NCBI RefSeq assembly: GCF_964194025.1
Contig: NC_134471.1
Coordinates: 13,702,001 to 13,766,000, forward strand
DNA length: 64,000 bases
Origin: Convolutriloba macropyga
Taxonomy: Eukaryota
Direction: 5' to 3'
Part shown: piece after piece, positions 1 through 12,211 of the stretch
How the letters are laid out: each line of letters starts with the position of its first letter
Numbering within the stretch: position 1 is the first letter of the stretch
Program-made: the position numbers and the translations under genes
Notes under the pieces: model-generated
The model's database searches: none
Seen by the model: the letters and a program-made list of their open reading frames with translations, nothing else
Told to the model about the DNA's origin: nothing

Positions 1-722
1 CATAATAGCTAAAGTCTACATTATTCTTTTTAACTAAACCCTTTTGCACAATAATTCTATTGTCATTACTAGGATCAATACTAGGCACACACCACGATAT
101 ATCTCTGATATCAATATTACCACCATTACCAACTGCATCAGCACCAGCATTAACTCTAAATAGAGCTCTATCATTATTATTTCTTTTTATTATTATTTTA
201 AATCCTAAACCACATGTAATCTTTTCTAAATCATTTACGAAACCAAATATATATCACTCATCTTAATCATCCTATACAAATGACCTCGTTCTGCAGCAAA
301 ATGGTCACCTTTAAGTCAACTATCTCTATTACCTTGATTTGATTTCTAACAAAACCACTCTCATATTCATCATCAGTACTAGTTAATAACTTATACATCA
401 ATAGATTAGGATGGCAATGATCTATATATTCAATAGTCCTACCACCACTAGTTTCAAGCTTAAGTGAACTAAATAATGCCATTTTACCATAATTAACTAA
501 TCTGATATTAGCATTATCAGCAAATACACCACCAGCATCATCTGATACAACAAACTCTATCTCTAGATATGAATCACGCAAATTTAAATGATTCTCTTCT
601 ATATTGAGTATGATATTAACATTAGTATTTATTGTTTCTAGACTATTTGGTTAGTGCTTTATAATCTTACTTTTGTGTATATCATTTTTATAGCCATAAG
701 TTGTGTCCAAATTAAATTCCAT
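1..722 (-). pseudogene. Polinton major capsid protein, copy 1 (N-terminal part, runs off the window)
   Basis: ATG at 722; DSYLEIEFVV..NYGKMALFSSLKLETSGGRTIEYID; reverse complement of 8855-9569; stop and frameshifts. Confidence 0.8.
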
Positions 723-738
723 TTTTGTAAGTCAAAAA

Positions 739-1613
739 CTGTCCGATAACTTAATTCTAAATGAACTACAAAAGATACATGAAGCGCTAACCAAAACTAA
801 AGAAGAACATACACTTAACTTTAGAATGTGAAAGCCAACAAAAAAATTTAACTTTAGCGAACCTATACTTAACTGGTCAAAATTAGGTTTAATTAGATTA
901 TCTGTTATAATTCGGTGTTTAATGTGGATAGAGGGAACAATCAGTTCTTATATGATACAAAAGGTGAAACATGGTCAGATACCCATATTTTAGCTGTTAT
1001 ACCAGGTGCATATGAATCAATCAAAATAGCAGAATTAATAAAAGAAGAAATTAATGGTAATGTTATAATAGAACCTGATAAGAATACAATGAAAAATTTA
1101 ATGGAAATAAAACAAGGTGCAATTAACTTTGACATAGAAAATTCAATAGCCCCATTACTAGGATTTAGAAAAATAGTTTATAAAAAAGGTAACTATACAT
1201 CTCAGAAAATTGTTGATATTATGGGTTTTAGTACTATTAACATTCATTGTAATCTCATATCTGGTGTTAAAGATAATGGGAATAACACAGACATGCTATA
1301 TATTTTACTCTAACAGAACCACCAGGTTACTTGATAAATATTATACCAACTAATATCTTGTATCAAAATGTAACTAAAGATAGAATAGAATATATAGAGT
1401 TTCATATTAAAGATGAACATGGAAGACCTATAGATTTTAATGGGGATGTATTAAGTGGCGATGTACTTGATAAACATTATACCAACTATTATCTTGAATC
1501 AAAATGTAACTAAAGATAGAATAGAATATATAGAGTTTCATATTAAAGATGAGCATGGAAGACCAATAGATTTTAATGGCGATGTATTAAGTTTTACTTT
1601 ACATTTGATATAA
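739..1613 (+). pseudogene. Polinton minor capsid (penton) protein, copy 1
   Basis: Penton-type C-terminal motifs NIHCNLISG..PPGYLINIIP..IKDEHGRPIDFNGDVLSFTLHLI; start codon is CTG; frameshifts; internal duplication 1328-1456/1464-1592. Confidence 0.8.
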
Positions 1614-1697
1614 ACATAAATATAAATATAAATATAACTATGAATATAACTATAGATATAGATTGATCAATTTGAATTAATATTTCTCCCATAAAAT

Positions 1698-1983
1698 ATG
1701 ATTAGTACTAAATGTGATAGTTGTAAAAATAAACCATGGAGTCAATGTTGTGATTGGTGTTTGGGTAAACCATTCCACTGTTTTATATGTAATAAAAGTG
1801 TAAGAAAAACAAGAACACATGCAATATCATTATTATGATAAAGCGGAGGACATGCTCTGCCATCTGTCAATTTGAAAACGAGTGAAGCTCTTGGTTAACC
1901 AAACAACTTCGTTTAGCAGTTTCACTGATCCTAATTACACATGTAAATCATGTACAAATTATAATAGAAACCCACCACTATAG
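1698..1983 (+). pseudogene. Small Cys-rich / C2H2 zinc-finger protein of the Polinton, copy 1
   Basis: MISTKCDSCKNKPWSQCCDWC..HCFICNKSVR, then after a frameshift KQEHMQYH..TCKSC; mirrored at 7696-7980. Confidence 0.55.
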
Positions 1984-2092
1984 TTATAATTAATTATAAT
2001 TAGATATAATTAGTTACATATATAACATTAGCATAATATTCAATTGCAATCTGTTTTTAAATAGTAGCTTAGTTATTCTCATTTAATTTATA

Positions 2093-3244
2093 CTACAAAA
2101 CTATCCGATCCCAATTAATTCTTAGTTTACCATTAATATTTTTATCTTTAGTTATATCAATGACAATACAATTATAAGGCTATTTCCATACCTTATTACA
2201 TATATTAGCAAAATCATTATAACTAAGTTCAATTTTAATAAAGATATCTTGATGTATCGATGCTAGGACTTTACTTCTCTGTTCAAATAAAAAAAATAGA
2301 TTACAGTTCCCTCTAAAACTCTGCCCATCCAGAGAGAACAGGTTTTGATTAAGATAGATCATATTGCAATTATTATGTCTACCTCTACAAAAGTATTAGT
2401 TAATAACTGGTTCTTTGGCTCTAACATCATCGAATATCATTAGTTTCTTTAAGTCTTTGGATAGTTTATCAGGAGATGGTAAATCTTTTATATCTTTAAT
2501 AAAAATTTAATAACAAATTATCTTTTTAATTGCTTTTGGGTTTTTTCTTTCTAATCCATTGTATTGATCACCACTAGATCCAATGATGTATAGTTTATCA
2601 AAATAAATACTAGCTAGAATTAGTTTTTTTTGATAAAAATGTCTTACCACATTCACCAGGACCAGATATTATACATCTAAATTTATCTGGGAATTCAGCT
2701 TCAGTAATTATATCATCATCATTTAGCCATGATTGTAGATTTTCATTTCTGTTTACATAGATATTGTTACTATGACCTTCTTTGGTGTTAGATTTACCCC
2801 ATTGATAATTTTCATCAAAAAAGTATAAAAAATTATCATTAAAATTATCATTATCATTAACATTAACATTATCATTAACATTATCATTATCATTAACATT
2901 ATCATTATCATTAACATTATCATTACCATTATCATTATCAATATCATTAACATTAACATTGTCATTATCTTTATCATTAACTTTATCTTTAACACTATCA
3001 TTATCTTTATCATTAACATTATCTTTAACAGTATCATTATCTTTATCATTATCATTATAATTATCATTAACATTTTCTTTAACATTATCATTATCAAAAA
3101 CTTTATTAGCAAAACTACTTCGTAGATCATTAACATTATCATTATCATTATCTTTACTACAACCTAAAAAAAACACTCATTATACATCCCCTGATATTTA
3201 CATTGATTAAGTAGAATATTTAAAGCACTTTTATTTCTAAATCT
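2093..3244 (-). pseudogene. Packaging ATPase (A32/FtsK-HerA-like) with upstream in-frame Asp/Asn linker, copy A
   Basis: Walker A GPGECGKT, Walker B LMIFDD, RGRH motif, IYLNQ and NCNLFFLF; frameshifted. Confidence 0.88.
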
Positions 3245-3250
3245 AGGCTC

Positions 3251-6200
3251 TAATGAAAGAAAACAACAACATTATGAACCTTTTTGTGGGGCTTATTGTT
3301 TATACATGATCTGTCTTAATGATAGAGGATTTAGAAATAAAAGTGATTTAAATATTCTAGTTAATCAATGTAAATATCAGGGGATATATAATGAGTGTTT
3401 TTGTTTAGGTTGTAGAAAAGATTTAATGATAATGATAATGTTAATGATCTACGAAGTAGCTTTGCTAATAAAATTATTGATAATGATAAAGTTAATGAAA
3501 ATGTTAAGGATAATTATAATGATTATGATAAAGATAATGATAGTGTTAATGATAATGATAATGCTAATGATAATGATAATGTTAATGATAAAGATAATGT
3601 TAATGATAATGATAATGTTAATGATAATGTTAATGATAATGATAAAGTTAATGATAATGATATTGTTAATGATAATGATAATTTTAAGGATAATGAAAGA
3701 AAACAACAATATTATGAACATTTTTGTGGGGCTTATTGTTTATACATGATCTGTCTTATTGATAGAGAATTTAGAAATAAAAGTGATTTAAATATTCTTG
3801 TTAATCAATGTAAAAATCAGGGGATATATAATGAGTGTTTTTGTTTAGGTTGTAGTAAAGATTTAATGATAATGATAATGTTGATGATCCACGAAGTAGC
3901 TTTGCTAATAAAATTATTTATAATGATAATGTTAATGAAAATGTTAAGGATAATTATAATGTTAATGATAAAGATAATGATAATGTTAATGATAATGATA
4001 ATGATAATGATAAAGATAATGATTTTGTTAAAGATAAAGTTAATGATAATGCTAATGATAATGATAATGTTAATGATAAAGAAAATGTTAATGATAACGA
4101 TAATGTTAATGATAATGTTAATGATAATGATAATGTTAATGATAATGATAATGTTAATGATAATGATAATTTTAATGATAATTTTATATATCTATTTGAT
4201 GAAAAACATCAATGGGGTAAACCTAACAACAAAGAATGTCTTAGTAACAATATCTATGTAAACAAAAATGAAAATCTACAACCATGGCTAAATGATAGTG
4301 ATATAATTACTGAAGCTGAATTCCCAGATAACTTTAGATGTATAATATCTGGTCCTGGTGAATGTGGTAAGACATTTTTATTAAAAAAACTTAAATTAGC
4401 TAGTATATATTTTGATAAACTATACATCATTGGATCTAGTGGTGATCAATACAATGGATTAGAAAGAATAAACCCAAAAGCAATTATAGAAAGATAAATT
4501 TTTATTAAATTTTTATTAAAGATATAAAAGATTTATCATCTCCTGATAAACTAACCAAAGACTTCAAGAAACTAATGATATTCGATGATGTTAGAGCCAA
4601 AGAAACAGTTATTAATGAAAACTTTTGTAGAGGTAGACATAATAATTGCACTATGATCTATCTTAATCAAAACCTGTTCTCTCTGGATGGGCAGAGTTTT
4701 AGAGAGAACTGTAATCTAATTTTTTTTATTTGAACAGAGAGGTAAAGTCCTAGCATCAATATATCAAGATATCTTTAATAATATTGAACTTAGTTATAAT
4801 GATTTTGCTAATATATGTAATAAGGTATGGAAAGAGCCTTATAATTATATTATCATTGATATAACTAAAAATAAAAATATTAATGATAAACTAAAAATTA
4901 ATTGGGATCGGAGAGTTTTGTAGTATAAATTAAATGAGAATAACTAAGCTACTATTTAAAAACAGATTGCAATTAATTATTATGCTAATGTTATATATGT
5001 AACTAATTAATATAGGATTTAGAAATAAAAGTGATTTAAATATTCTAGTTAACAAAATCATTATCTTTATCATTATCATTATCATTATCATTAACATTAT
5101 CATTATCTTTATCATTAACATTATAATCATCCTTAACATTTTCATTAACATTATCATTATCAATAATTTTATTAGCAAAGCTACTTCGTAGATCATTAAC
5201 ATTATCATTATCATTATCTTTACTACAACCTAAACAAAAACACTCATTATACATCCCCTGATATTTACATTGATTAAGTAGAATATTTAAAGCACTTTTA
5301 TTTCTAAATCTAGGCTCTAATGAAAGAAAACAACAATATTATGAACCTTTTTGTGGGGCTTATTGTTTATACATGATCTGTCTTAATGATAGAGGATTTA
5401 GAAATAAAAGTGATTTAAATATTCTAGTTAATCAATGTAAAAATCAGGGGATATATAATGAGTGTTTTTGTTTAGGTTGTAGTAAAGATTTAATGATAAT
5501 GATAATGTTGATGATCTACGAAGTAGTTTTGCTAATAAATTTATTGATAATGATAATGTTAATGAAAATGTTAAGGATAATTATAATGGTAATGATAAAG
5601 ATAATGATAATGTTAATGATAATGATAATGATAATGATAAAGATAATGATTTTATTAAAGATAAAGTTAATGATAAAGATAATGATAATGTTAATGCTAA
5701 TGATAATGCTAATGATAATGATAATGTTAATGATAAAGATAATGTAAATGACAATGATAATGTTAATGATAATGTTAATGATAATGATAAAGTTAATGAT
5801 AATGATATTGTTAATGATAATGATAATTGTAAGGATAATGAAAGAAAACAACAATATTATGAACATTTTTGTGGGGCTTATTGTTTATACATGATCTGTC
5901 TTATTGATAGAGAATTTAGAAATAAAAGTGATTTAAATATTCTAGTTAATCAACGTAAAAATCAGGGGATATATAATGAGTGTTTTTGTTTAGGTTGTAG
6001 TAAAGATTTAATGATAATGATAATGTTGATGATCTACGAAGTAGTTTTGCTAATAAATTTATTGATAATGATAATGTTAATGAAAATGTTAAGGATAATT
6101 ATAATGGTAATGATAAAGATAATGATAATGTTAATGATAATGATAATGATAATGATAAAGATAATGATTTTATTAAAGATAAAGTTAATGATAAAGATAA

Positions 6201-6850
6201 TGATAATGTTAATGCTAATGATAATGCTAATGATAATGATAATGTTAATGATAAAGATAATGTAAATGACAATGATAATGTTAATGATAATGTTAATGAT
6301 AATGATAAAGTTAATGATAATGATATTGTTAATGATAATGATAATTGTAAGGATAATGAAAGAAAACAACAATATTATGAACATTTTTGTGGGGCTTATT
6401 GTTTATACATGATCTGTCTTATTGATAGAGAATTTAGAAATAAAAGTGATTTAAATATTCTAGTTAATCAACGTAAAAATCAGGGGATATATAATGAGTG
6501 TTTTTGTTTAGGTTGTAGTAAAGATTTAATGATAATGATAATGTTGATGATCTACGAAGTAGTTTTGCTAATAAATTTATTGATAATGATAATGTTAATG
6601 AAAATGTTAAGGATAATTATAATGGTAATGATAAAGATAATGATAATGTTAATGATAATGATAATGATAATGATAAAGATAATGATTTTGTTAAAGATAA
6701 AGTTAATGATAATGCTAATGATAATGATAATGTTAATGATAAAGAAAATGTTAATGATAACGATAATGTTAATGATAATGTTAATGATAATGATAATGTT
6801 AATGATAATGATAATGTTAATGATAATGATAATTTTAATGATAATTTTAT
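3251..6850 (+). repeat. Tandem and inverted amplification of a protease-C-terminus + (GATAAT)n unit
   Basis: Unit starts TAATGAAAGAAAACAAC at 3251, 3691, 5318, 5836 and 6354 (periods 440 and 518 bp); inverted piece at about 5048-5311. Confidence 0.9.
3691..4923 (+). pseudogene. Adenain protease C-terminus - DN linker - packaging ATPase, copy B
   Basis: QQYYEHFCGAYCLYMI (C5 protease Gln/Cys motif), then DN repeats, GPGECGKT, LMIFDD, RGRH; stop at 4921-4923; frameshifts. Confidence 0.85.
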
Positions 6851-7586
6851 ATATCTATTTGATGAAAAACATCAATGGGGTAAACCTAACAACAAAGAAT
6901 GTCTTAGTAACAATATCTATGTAAACAAAAATGAAAATCTACAACCATGGCTAAATGATAGTGATATAATTACTGAAGCTGAATTCCCAGATAACTTTAG
7001 ATGTATAATATCTGGTCTTGGTGAATGTGGTAAGACATTTTTATTAAAAAAACTTAAATTAGCTAGTATATATTTTGATAAACTATACATCATTGGATCT
7101 AGTGGTGATCAATACAATGGATTAGAAAGAATAAACCCAAAAGCAATTATAGAAAGATAAATTTTTATTAAATTTTTATTAAAGATATAAAAGATTTATC
7201 GTCTCCTGATAAACTAACCAAGGCTTCAAGAAACTAATGATATTCGATGATGTTAGAGCCAAAGAACCAGTTATTAATGAATACTTTTGTAGAGGTAGAC
7301 ATAATAATTGCAATATGATCTATCTTAATCAAAACCTGTTCTCTCTGGATGGGCAGAGTTTTAGAGAGAACGGTAACCTAATTTTTTTTTATTTGAACAG
7401 AGAGGTAAAGTCCTAGCATCGATATATCAAGATATCTTTATTAATATTAAACTTAGTTATAATGATTTTGCTAATATATGTAATAAGGTATGGAAAGAGC
7501 CTTATAATTATATTATCATTGATATAACTAAAAATAAAAATTTTAATGATAAACTCAGAATTAATTGGGATCGGAGAGTTTTGTAG
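6354..7586 (+). pseudogene. Adenain protease C-terminus - DN linker - packaging ATPase, copy C
   Basis: Near-duplicate of copy B; Walker A reads GLGECGKT. Confidence 0.85.
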
Positions 7587-7695
7587 TATAAATTAAAAGA
7601 GAATAACTAAGCTACTATTTAAAAACAGATTGCAATTAATTATTATGCTAATGTTATATATGTAACTATTTAAATCTAATTATAATTAATTATAA

Positions 7696-7980
7696 CTATA
7701 GTGGGGGGTTTCTATTATATTTTGTACATGATTTAAATGTATAATTAGGATCAGTGAAACTGCTAAACGAAGTTGTTTGGTTAAACACGAGCTTCACTCG
7801 TTTTCAAATTGGCAGATGGCAGAGCATGTCCTCCGCTTTATAATAATAATGATATTGCATGTGTTCTTGTTTTTCTTACACTTTTGTTACATATAAAACA
7901 GTGGAATGGTTTACCCAAACACCAATCACAACATTGACTCCATGGTTTTTTTTACAACTATCACATTTAGTACTAAACTT
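7696..7980 (-). pseudogene. Small Cys-rich / zinc-finger protein, copy 2
   Basis: Reverse complement of 1698-1983; start codon mutated. Confidence 0.5.
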
Positions 7981-8039
7981 ATTTTATGGGAGAAATATTA
8001 TTTCGAATTGATCAATCTATATCTTTAGTTATAATTATA

Positions 8040-8105
8040 GTTATATTTATATTAATATTTATATTTATATTTATATTTATATTTATATTTATATTTATAT
8101 TTATA
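8040..8105. repeat. (TATATT)n hexamer microsatellite between converging Polinton genes
   Basis: Directly visible; longer than its mirror at about 1610-1650. Confidence 0.9.
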
Positions 8106-8838
8106 TCAAATGTAAAGTAAAACTTAATACATCGCCATTAAAATCTATAGGTCTTCCATGCTCATCTTTAATATGAAACTCTATATATTCTATTCTATCT
8201 CTAGTTACATTTTGATACAAGATATTAGTTGGTATAATATTTATCAAGTAACCTGGTGGTTCAGTTAGAGTAAAATATATAGTATGTCTGTGTTATTCCC
8301 ATTATCTTTAACACCAGATGTCACATTACATTGAATGTTAATAGTAATAAAACCGATAATATCGACATATTTCTGATATGTATATTTATCTTTTTTATAA
8401 ACTATTTTTCTAAATCCTAGTAATGGGGCTATTGAATTTTCTATGTCAAATTAATTGCACCTTCTTTTATTTCTATTAAACTCTTCATTGTATTCTTATC
8501 AGGTTCTTTTATAGCATTACCATTAGTTTTTTCTTTTAAAAATTCTGCTATTTCGATTAATTCATATGCACCTGGTATAACAGCTAAAATATGGGTATCT
8601 GACCATGTTTCATCTTGTGTATCATATAAGTAATGATTGTTCCTTCTATTTACATTAAACAGCGAATTATAAACAGATAATCTAATTAAACCTAATTTTG
8701 AGGATTTAAGTATAGGTTTGCTAAAGTTAAATTTTTTGTTGGCTTTCACATTTTAAAGTTAAGTGTATGTTCTTCTTTAGTTTTAGATAGCGTTTCATGT
8801 ATCTTTTGTAGTTCATATAGAATTAAGTTATCGGACAT
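8101..8838 (-). pseudogene. Polinton minor capsid (penton) protein, copy 2
   Basis: ATG at 8838 (MSDNLIL); ORF 8441-8749; C-terminal GRPIDFNGDVLSFTLHLI; disrupted. Confidence 0.8.
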
Positions 8839-8854
8839 TTTTTGACTTACAAAA

Positions 8855-10084
8855 TTGGAATTTAATTTGGACACAACTTATGGCTATAATAATGATATAA
8901 ACAAAAGTAAGATTATAAAGTACAAACCAAATAGTCTAGCAACAATGAGTCTTAATATTAATATCATACTCAATGGAGAACAGAATCATTTAAATTTGCT
9001 TGATTCATATCTAGAGATAGAGTTTGTATTATCAGATGATGCTGGTGGTGTATTTGCTGATAATGCTAATATCAGATTAGTTAATTATGGTATGATGGCA
9101 TTATTTAGTTCACTTAAGCTTGAAACTAGTGGTGGTAGGACTATTGAATATATAGATCATTGCCATCCTAATCTATTGATGTATAATATATTAATTAGTA
9201 CTGATAATGATTATGAGAGTGGTTTTGTTAGAAATCAAGGTAATAGAGATAGTCGACTTAAAGGTGACCATTTTATTGCAGAACGAGTTCATATGTATAT
9301 GATGATTAAGATGAGTGATCTATTTGGAATCGTAAATGATTTAGAAAACATTACATGTGGTTTAGGATTTAAACTAATATTAAAAAGAAATAATAATGAT
9401 AGAGCTCTATTTAGAGTTAATTCTGGTGCTGATGCAGTTGGTAATGATGGTAATATTGATATCAGAGATATATCGTGGTGTGTTCCTAGTATTGATCCTA
9501 GTAATGACAATAGAATTATTGTGCAAAAGAGTTTAGTTAAAAAGAATAATGTAGATTTTAGCTATTATGAAAGAAAGACATTTTATAAGAATGTACCCAA
9601 TGCTACTAACTTCTTGTTTAATCTAGGTATGTAAAGTGGTATGGAAATACCATAATATATAATAGTTGGTTTTGAAAATAATAATGTTAATGAACAAACT
9701 CATGAACAATTTCATATAATGAATGTCACTGAATGTTATTGTAAGATTGGTAGTGAATTTTATCCCGAGGATAGAATGAATATTAATTATGGTACTAATA
9801 TTTATAATGAGGCTTTCAAAGAGATTGATAGCTTTAATAAAGATTATAATGGGTTACCACATAATATAAAACCGTATATAAATCATAGAACAATCAAAAT
9901 TAGTTATAGAATATATGTATTCGATACTAGATATCAAAGTGATCATATAGGACCACAACCAATACAACTTAATTTTAATTTTAGTGCTGCAGTTGCAGAT
10001 GTTATATGTCATGCATTAGTACTAACTAGAAAGGTTATTGGTGTTAATAGTGATGGTAATAATATGTTTGATATAGCCTTGTAG
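8855..10084 (+). pseudogene. Polinton major capsid protein (double jelly-roll), copy 2, full span
   Basis: ORFs 8855-9634 and 9719-10084 are in the same frame, separated by in-frame stops; CKIGSEFYP and RIYVFDTRYQ motifs; about 410 codons; start is TTG. Confidence 0.82.
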
Positions 10085-10141
10085 AAACTAATAACCGAAG
10101 GTCTATAATATCATAATTATAATTAGCCCTAGTCATTATAA

Positions 10142-10309
10142 CTATTTCTTATTTGTCTTAACAAAACCTTTAGCAAAAATAATATCTAGTTTTTTTTTAT
10201 TCTAAAGAGCTAAGCCTCCAGCTTCAAGCTTATTCTTAGTCTTAAGCCTAACCTTAGGCTTAGGCTTAGGTTTAATAACAATAAAGGGATTATACTTTTT
10301 AACTTCCAT
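10142..10309 (-). pseudogene. Small basic protein (KPKPKP..LEAGG), possible virion core protein
   Basis: MEVKKYNPFIVIKPKPKPKVRLKTKNKLEAGGLAL read directly; premature stop; function is inference. Confidence 0.35.
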
Positions 10310-10327
10310 TATTTTTTATTTATAGAA

Positions 10328-10753
10328 ATGATTCTTTTAAACAAGTTCAAAACTAATTCTTATTGTGTTGGAGGCAGACATTATAGTGGTACTATTATTA
10401 TAAGTGGAGCTATTACTTCAAAAAGTACTAAAATGTTAAGAGGATCCTGCACTAAATGTGGAAGGAATAAATCAATGCCAGTATCTGATGCAACAATAGA
10501 AGCAGAGGGAATGAACGATTTCTTTAAAAGTGTTGGCAGAGCTACAGTTAACTTCTGAAAGAAAGTTGCTAATAATCCAGTCAGTGCATTAGAAATAGCA
10601 AGTAAAATAGGAGCTGCAGCTGCATCTAGAAACCCTAGAGCTGCTTTATCAGCCACACCTGATTTAGTTAAATTTGCAACTACTGGTGAAGGTATAAAGG
10701 TAGTACAAAAAAAAGAGGGTTATACTTAGGTACTAAGAAGAATAATTATTTGA
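10328..10753 (+). pseudogene. Zinc-ribbon (DUF5679-like) plus amphipathic-helix protein, putative core protein
   Basis: YCVGGRH..KMLRGSCTKCGRNKS, then EGMNDFFKSVGRATVNF*KKVANNP..; one in-frame stop at 10556-10558. Confidence 0.55.
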
Positions 10754-10889
10754 TTATGATTATGATTATATTATGTATTTGATTATGATTATATTATTTT
10801 TATGATTATGATTACGATTATGATTATATTTATGTTATGTTTATGATTAATATTACTAAACATACTATTATTACTAAACACTATTAACT

Positions 10890-11474
10890 TTAGTTTGAAA
10901 AAATAATCAGTTTGTTTTTCTTGTTCCTCTTATAATCCTCACATACCTTAACTAATTCCTTATACTCATCATTATCTGTTTTATTATCTTTCATTGATTT
11001 AGTATATAGTCTATTAAACTTGTCAGTAAACTGTTTACTTAAAACATACATTTGTGAATACTTTATAATTTTTTTTCAATTTTAGTGATAATTGTTTTTG
11101 ATAATTATTCACAAACAGTTGCCGTAGCAACAGCTGTTGGTATAGAATAAAGTAATCCTATACCTGTTAATGCAACTGATGTTGTTGTTGCAGTTGTTGC
11201 TATAGATGATAAAACTATTTCTGTTATCTCAGCTATGTTAATATAATTTTTATATCTACTTAACTTCTTATTATATTTATTAATTTCAGTTTCATAATAA
11301 TTTCTAATATCTTTTATAATATTAATATTGTTGTTAAATTTATTATTGGCAGAAATCTTTTCATTTATGTATTGTTCATTAACGGTTTACAAGTTGGGAT
11401 ATAGTAATCTCTCACTCGCGCCTCGGTGCTGTTGGTTGACTCATGGACTCCGTCATAGCTTTACTTATTTTCAT
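10890..11474 (-). pseudogene. Coiled-coil plus hydrophobic-hairpin membrane protein of the Polinton
   Basis: IKDIRNYYETEINKYNKKLSRYK..IVLSSIATTATTTSVALTGIGLLYSIPTAVATA..SMKDNKTDNDEY; stops and frameshifts. Confidence 0.55.
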
Positions 11475-11475
11475 T

Positions 11476-12177
11476 AGTAAAAAAACTTTCTATCTCTTTC
11501 GTTATATCTACTTGGCTACTTGTTTAAAACCATAATGCTCCTCAAGTCTTGCTTGCTCTTTATTATCAACTAACGTACTTCGTAAAAAATATAGCAATTG
11601 TATATTGTCCTATTGTCCTTTTATTCTTTATAAGTGCTTCATCAACGGCAGAATTAGTCTATTTTATTAATTTCTTTAAATTCTTTTAGACCCGTAGTAA
11701 ACATATCATCTAGTTGTATGTTAGTGATATTCTGATTAAACTTGTTATTATCAAATTCTTGTTTTAGTTGAGTATCTTACAGATAGTATCAGCAGCAATT
11801 TTATTACAAAATTTAACAGTATTTGTGACATCATTTGCCGATTTAATAAATTCTTTAATTAATTCTTCATTAACTTGTGTTTCATTTAGTTGTAATGTTT
11901 TAGTTGTAACTTTATCAAAGTCAATCTTTCTTAGTTCAGTTACGTTTCTACTTAAAATGTCTTTTTTATTAGAAGAGGATAACAAGTTATTGTCACAATA
12001 CTCTTCATTAACAACATCTTTTTCATCTGTAGGAGGATTTACATTCGTAATTTTATAGGTATCCTTCGTATCAATATTATCATTATCTTCTAGGAATAAC
12101 CCATGAGCCCTACTTAGTGTTAAGTTGTTTCCATTCCCCATATGATGTTTTGCATGGTTAAATCTATTTCCTGTCAT
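11476..12177 (-). pseudogene. Fibre/spike-like protein
   Basis: KITNVNPPTDEKDVVNEEYCDN resembles the trimeric fibre neck repeat (I.NV..P....D..NK.Y.D); ORF 11764-12177 plus disrupted continuation. Confidence 0.5.
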
Positions 12178-12211
12178 TATTTATATTAAGAAATAAATCC
12201 GGCTTGCCTGG

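Noticed and set aside
3251-6850. CRISPR-like repeat-spacer array
   Set aside because: Units are 440-518 bp duplicated coding sequence without unique spacers; eukaryotic context with no cas genes.
2753-6924. Long Met/Ile-rich and poly-Ile ORFs that look like membrane proteins
   Set aside because: They are alternative frames and the antisense of the GATAAT (Asp-Asn) linker.
10240-10275. TTAGGC telomere remnant
   Set aside because: Only about three units, explained as antisense of a Lys-Pro codon repeat.
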